64,000 nt of DNA. Origin: Eubacteriales bacterium (GTDB lineage: Bacteria; Bacillota; Clostridia; Oscillospirales; CAG-382). Under the pieces are notes generated by a model. It saw nothing but the letters and a program-made list of their open reading frames with translations, was not told the origin of the DNA and ran no database searches. The translations under genes and the position numbers were made by a program. Location: positions 5,508 through 69,507 of the forward strand of contig JAZNMZ010000061.1 in NCBI GenBank assembly GCA_045580005.1. The letters are read 5' to 3'. Below, one piece after another: positions 60,679-64,000 of this stretch (its first letter is position 1; each line of letters starts with the position of its first letter).

Positions 60679-61803
60679 ATGATTGTTTTAGATGTGAAAC
60701 TGAATAATATTCTTGGGTTTACGGATTTCAATATCAATTTCTCTTATCCCAAAAAGATCGTCAATTCTATTATAGAAAACGAGCATCTTGCAGGCAGACC
60801 GAATTTCAGATATAAGAAGGTCGTGCTTTTGATGGGTGCTAATGCAACGGGTAAGACAAGTCTTGGTAAGGCGCTTTCTAAAATATTCAAGTATATCAAT
60901 TCGGGAAACACTGCTTTGTTGCTTGATATGGTGGAGCCGAATGAGACCGGATCGTTTACTGTTGACTTTGTAAATGAAGGATATATTTTGCATAGATTGT
61001 CTGCGACGATCGATTGCAAAAACTCCAATATTGAACTTCGTCACTCGCAAGCCACGATTGACGAAAAAGATTCGTATGAAAAGTGCGTGGTAAAGCTTTC
61101 TGAAAGTGTAGAGCTTGAAACCGATGCAAAGACACTTAAAATGATCTTCGGAGAATTAAATTATCGTTTTGCATATCCCGAGATCGAGTCTACGCTGAAT
61201 ATTTCCGGCGTTAAGAAAAACACCTTGCTTAAAACCTTGAGAGCTGTTATCGGAACTCTCGACCCCACACTTGCCGATGTTTCGGTTTCCAAAGATTTGC
61301 GTGACTCCTTCATCATTCGCAGACGAGGAACCGAGATCATAATTCAAGACGGTAAGCTTCTCAATAGAGAGGTGTTGTCAAGCGGTACGGCGGAAGGTAT
61401 CGACATTGCTATCTTCTTGGCTACCATTATGTCGGATACGAATAGTTTCTATTATTGTGATGAGCACTTCTCGTATATTCAATCGGATATTGAAAAGCGT
61501 ATCTTCGGTATTATGGCTGACTATCTGAAAGAGAACGAGCAGCTTATCTTCACGACACAAAATACAGATATGCTTGACTTAAATCTTCCCAAACACTCCT
61601 TTGCATTTCTTCGCAAAACCGTGGAAGACGGTGAGCCTCGGCAATCTGTGATCTTCGCATCTGAACTTCTCAAGAGAAACACCGACTCTATTCGTTGTGC
61701 TGTAGAGAACGATGTGTTTGACTCTATTCCAAATGATTCATTGTTAGATTCTCTTGAATGTGAAAAAAACTACAGATTCGACACAAAGCCAAAGCGTATC
61801 TAA
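60679..61803 (+). CDS. ABC/SMC-type (AAA_21-like) ATPase
   Basis: 374 aa from ATG 60679 (RBS GGAGGT). Walker A is LLMGANATGKTS, the signature-like motif is LSSGTAEG, Walker B is FYYCDEHFS and the H-loop-like motif is IFTTQNTDMLD. Confidence 0.8.
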   Translation: MIVLDVKLNNILGFTDFNINFSYPKKIVNSIIENEHLAGRPNFRYKKVVLLMGANATGKTSLGKALSKIFKYINSGNTALLLDMVEPNETGSFTVDFVNEGYILHRLSATIDCKNSNIELRHSQATIDEKDSYEKCVVKLSESVELETDAKTLKMIFGELNYRFAYPEIESTLNISGVKKNTLLKTLRAVIGTLDPTLADVSVSKDLRDSFIIRRRGTEIIIQDGKLLNREVLSSGTAEGIDIAIFLATIMSDTNSFYYCDEHFSYIQSDIEKRIFGIMADYLKENEQLIFTTQNTDMLDLNLPKHSFAFLRKTVEDGEPRQSVIFASELLKRNTDSIRCAVENDVFDSIPNDSLLDSLECEKNYRFDTKPKRI

Positions 61804-61967
61804 CTTTAAGACCGCATTTTGCAAAATGAAAGATTTGAGAGATCTGCTTGAACGCCATCAAATTGATGTCGGAAAGCTTTGGGCGACAAATCCTCCCGAG
61901 GTGTTTGCATTTGTGCCTCCAAACAGTGAGCTGATAAAGCTCACACCGAAGAAGTAAATAACTACTT

Positions 61968-62008
61968 AAAGCGACGAATCAAAGCAATTTGAACTCGTCG
62001 CTTTTATG
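61968..62008 (+). terminator. rho-independent terminator
   Basis: 10-bp stem AAAGCGACGA / TCGTCGCTTT with a 17-nt loop, followed by TAT. Confidence 0.5.
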
Positions 62009-62197
62009 CGCCACAAACCATTTTTCTATAGCCTATTATCGGTAACTTGAATCCCGAAATCGGGATAAATGTATTAAAAATGGTTGAAAATCCCGAAAAT
62101 TTATGAGCTTGAACCATGTTAGTTCTTTTCCTCAAAGATGCCGGTTGTCTGTGGAGATTCTGACAATTTACATAATAAAGAAAGAAGGAGAAGCATA

Positions 62198-62395
62198 ATG
62201 GAAACTATTTATAATAAGGAAGAAAACATTCGGAATATTGCGTTGGGGTCAAAAGTTAAAATCAAGGTCAACAGAACATTCGGAAGTCAGAATATTATTG
62301 ATGTCTATTCCGATTATGTTGCCAACAAGATTCAGCAGGATATTCGCAGTAGGGAAGCAGAGAAGGTTTTCAATATAGAGGCAATGGCAAGCTGA
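62198..62395 (+). CDS. small hypothetical protein upstream of the serine recombinase
   Basis: 65 aa from ATG 62198, 7 nt after AGAAGGAG (the track starts at 62138). Confidence 0.45.
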   Translation: METIYNKEENIRNIALGSKVKIKVNRTFGSQNIIDVYSDYVANKIQQDIRSREAEKVFNIEAMAS

Positions 62396-62419
62396 TATTA
62401 TCGGCTTGCCATTACATAT

Positions 62420-62448
62420 TTGACATTTGTTGCGGGCGGTGGTATAAT
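62420..62448 (+). promoter_or_regulatory. consensus sigma-A promoter TTGACA-17-TATAAT
   Basis: TTGACA at 62420-62425 and TATAAT at 62443-62448. Confidence 0.6.
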
Positions 62449-62489
62449 ATGATATAAACCATCGCTTTGCTCGGAAAGAGAGGTTTATA

Positions 62490-64000
62490 ATGAAAAAATA
62501 TGAGCAAAGCATTGAATACACAGGTATTTATGTAAGATTAAGTGATGACGACGATAATGACGGTACAAGCGTATCTATAGATACCCAAATCAAGATATTA
62601 ACTGATTACTGCCAAAAGAATAAACTGCCTATATATGATATCTACAGTGACGACGGATTCACAGGTACGAACTTCAATCGTCCTGCCTTTAAGCGCATGA
62701 TGGATGATGTAAAGGCAAAGAAAGTCAAGGTCGTGATCGTAAAGGATCTTTCGAGATTCGGCAGAAACTATCTTCAGGTAGGCACATATATAAGCGAGAT
62801 CTTTCCCGAAATGGGAGTTCGCTTTATTGCCATAGGAGACGATGTTGATACAAACAAAGGTAGCGTGGATTACGATCTTATGTTGCCGATAAAGAATGTT
62901 TTCAATGAGTATTACCCGGCAGACTGTTCGAGAAAGACGAAGCAGGCGTTTATTGCAAAGGCGATGAACGGAGAATACATAGGCGCATTTGCAACATATG
63001 GACTTAAGAAGTCTGCTGCGGACAAACACATTTTAGAGATAAACGAAGAAGTATCCGGGAATGTTCTTTGGATGTTTGAAATGGCCGCCTATCAGGGATA
63101 CGGTTATAACAAGATATCTCTTGTCCTTAAAGATAATAAGATACTTACTCCTGCAGCTTATCAAGCTAAAAAGAGTGGTAAGCCGTATCTTAAGGATCTG
63201 TATGATTGGAATCTAGCAACTGTCTATAAGATACTTAACGATAAGACTTATTTAGGTTTGTTGATTAGCGGCAAGCGCAGGAAGCCATCTTTCAAAAGCA
63301 AGAGGATCGTCAAGATGCCGGAAGAAGATTGGATCATCGTTGAAGGCGTTGTACCGCAGCTTGTTTCTCAACAGCTATGGGATGACGCTCATGCAAAACT
63401 TGATAGCCGAAAACGCGAAAGTACATCCGGCTTTGATAATATCTTTGCGGGACTGATCAAATGCGATAAATGCACTCATGCACTTGGTATTGCAAATGCT
63501 TCAGGTAGGAATAATTATTATGTATGTAATACCTACAAAAAGAAGGGGCCTTCAAAGTGTTCAAGTCATTATATAATGTATAAAGAACTGTATCAGGCTG
63601 TACTTAATGACATTAATGATGTGCTGTACATGATACGAAGTGACAAGGATGCTTTTATTCAGAAGGTCTTGGGCAAGGTGGAAAGTGCCGGCGCTTCAAC
63701 GGTAAAAAACATGGAAAACGAAATATTCGAACTGAAAAGGCAGATTGAAGATCTTGACAACAGATATGACCGTTTGTATGATGACCGTGTCAGCGGTTTG
63801 ATTTCTGACAGAAAGTTCAAAGAGCTTTCTTCAAAGTGCGAAGCCGATCAAGATGAGTTGAGAGAAAGACTTAAGATGCTGCAGAAAAGACTAAAGTCTT
63901 TGGATGCATCAGAATACGGTGTGCAGCAGTTTATTAAGATCGCAGAGAGATATGAAACCTTGACGGAGCTTGATAGGGAAGTGCTGAATCGAATGATCGA
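62490..64000 (+). CDS. large serine recombinase (resolvase domain, recombinase domain and zinc ribbon), 3' end beyond the window
   Basis: My own translation stays open from ATG 62490 to the window end, which is why it is absent from the ORF track. MKKYEQSIEYTGIYVRLSDDDDNDGTSVSIDTQ.. contains the catalytic Ser. Also present are DLSRFGRNY, ..LIKCDKCTHALG...YYVCNTYKKKGPSKCSSH (Cys4 ribbon) and a coiled-coil tail. Confidence 0.9.
   Translation, partial: MKKYEQSIEYTGIYVRLSDDDDNDGTSVSIDTQIKILTDYCQKNKLPIYDIYSDDGFTGTNFNRPAFKRMMDDVKAKKVKVVIVKDLSRFGRNYLQVGTYISEIFPEMGVRFIAIGDDVDTNKGSVDYDLMLPIKNVFNEYYPADCSRKTKQAFIAKAMNGEYIGAFATYGLKKSAADKHILEINEEVSGNVLWMFEMAAYQGYGYNKISLVLKDNKILTPAAYQAKKSGKPYLKDLYDWNLATVYKILNDKTYLGLLISGKRRKPSFKSKRIVKMPEEDWIIVEGVVPQLVSQQLWDDAHAKLDSRKRESTSGFDNIFAGLIKCDKCTHALGIANASGRNNYYVCNTYKKKGPSKCSSHYIMYKELYQAVLNDINDVLYMIRSDKDAFIQKVLGKVESAGASTVKNMENEIFELKRQIEDLDNRYDRLYDDRVSGLISDRKFKELSSKCEADQDELRERLKMLQKRLKSLDASEYGVQQFIKIAERYETLTELDREVLNRMI

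Noticed and set aside
62598-63029. 143-aa minus-strand ORF listed in the track.
   Set aside because: It lies antisense to the clearly recognisable serine recombinase catalytic domain. That gene is missing from the track only because it has no stop within the window.

Overview
This window looks like a mosaic mobile element from a low-GC Gram-positive, Clostridia-like organism; no rRNA, tRNA or CRISPR array was recognised. All family names come from motifs read by eye in the translations, with no database search run.

**Left part (1-36.1 kb): conjugative element backbone (ICE or plasmid).**
- A Tad-type secretion/pilus module (CpaF, TadB, TadC and pseudopilin-like proteins).
- An 1824-aa secreted adhesin with 16 tandem Listeria-Bacteroides-type repeats.
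- A 2839-aa polyvalent ArdC-N / N6-methyltransferase / SNF2-helicase protein.
- A DUF4143 ATPase and a Y-family polymerase/YolD operon.
- A Toprim/DUF3991 protein, MobC plus relaxase with a candidate oriT, and PcfB.
- A VirD4 coupling protein, Maff2, a RelB/ParE toxin-antitoxin pair, a VirB6-like protein, PrgI and VirB4.

**Junction (~36.1 kb).** The gene after virB4 stops abruptly at a perfect 12+12 bp palindrome. The sequence then becomes visibly more AT-rich.

**Right part (36.1 kb to at least 64 kb): accessory island.**
- A tyrosine recombinase.
- Two paralogous HTH regulators and a transglutaminase/Ig-like lipoprotein.
- An orphan holin / XhlA / Cys-His-amidase-ricin lysis cassette.
- An ECF sigma factor with an anti-sigma protein fused to DNRLRE, ricin and amidase domains.
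- Rearrangement scars: an inverted repeat pair, a mazF'/parB' direct repeat and an IS66 remnant.
- A BlaR1/BlaI pair.
- An ORF-free ~590 bp region that may be a structured RNA.
- A MazF toxin with an atypical partner.
- A ParB-like / DGQH-ParB-like / ABC-type ATPase trio.
- A large serine recombinase that runs off the right edge.

**Most unusual observation.** A complete TnpV-like gene with its own RBS is embedded in the +1 frame of the polyvalent ORF.
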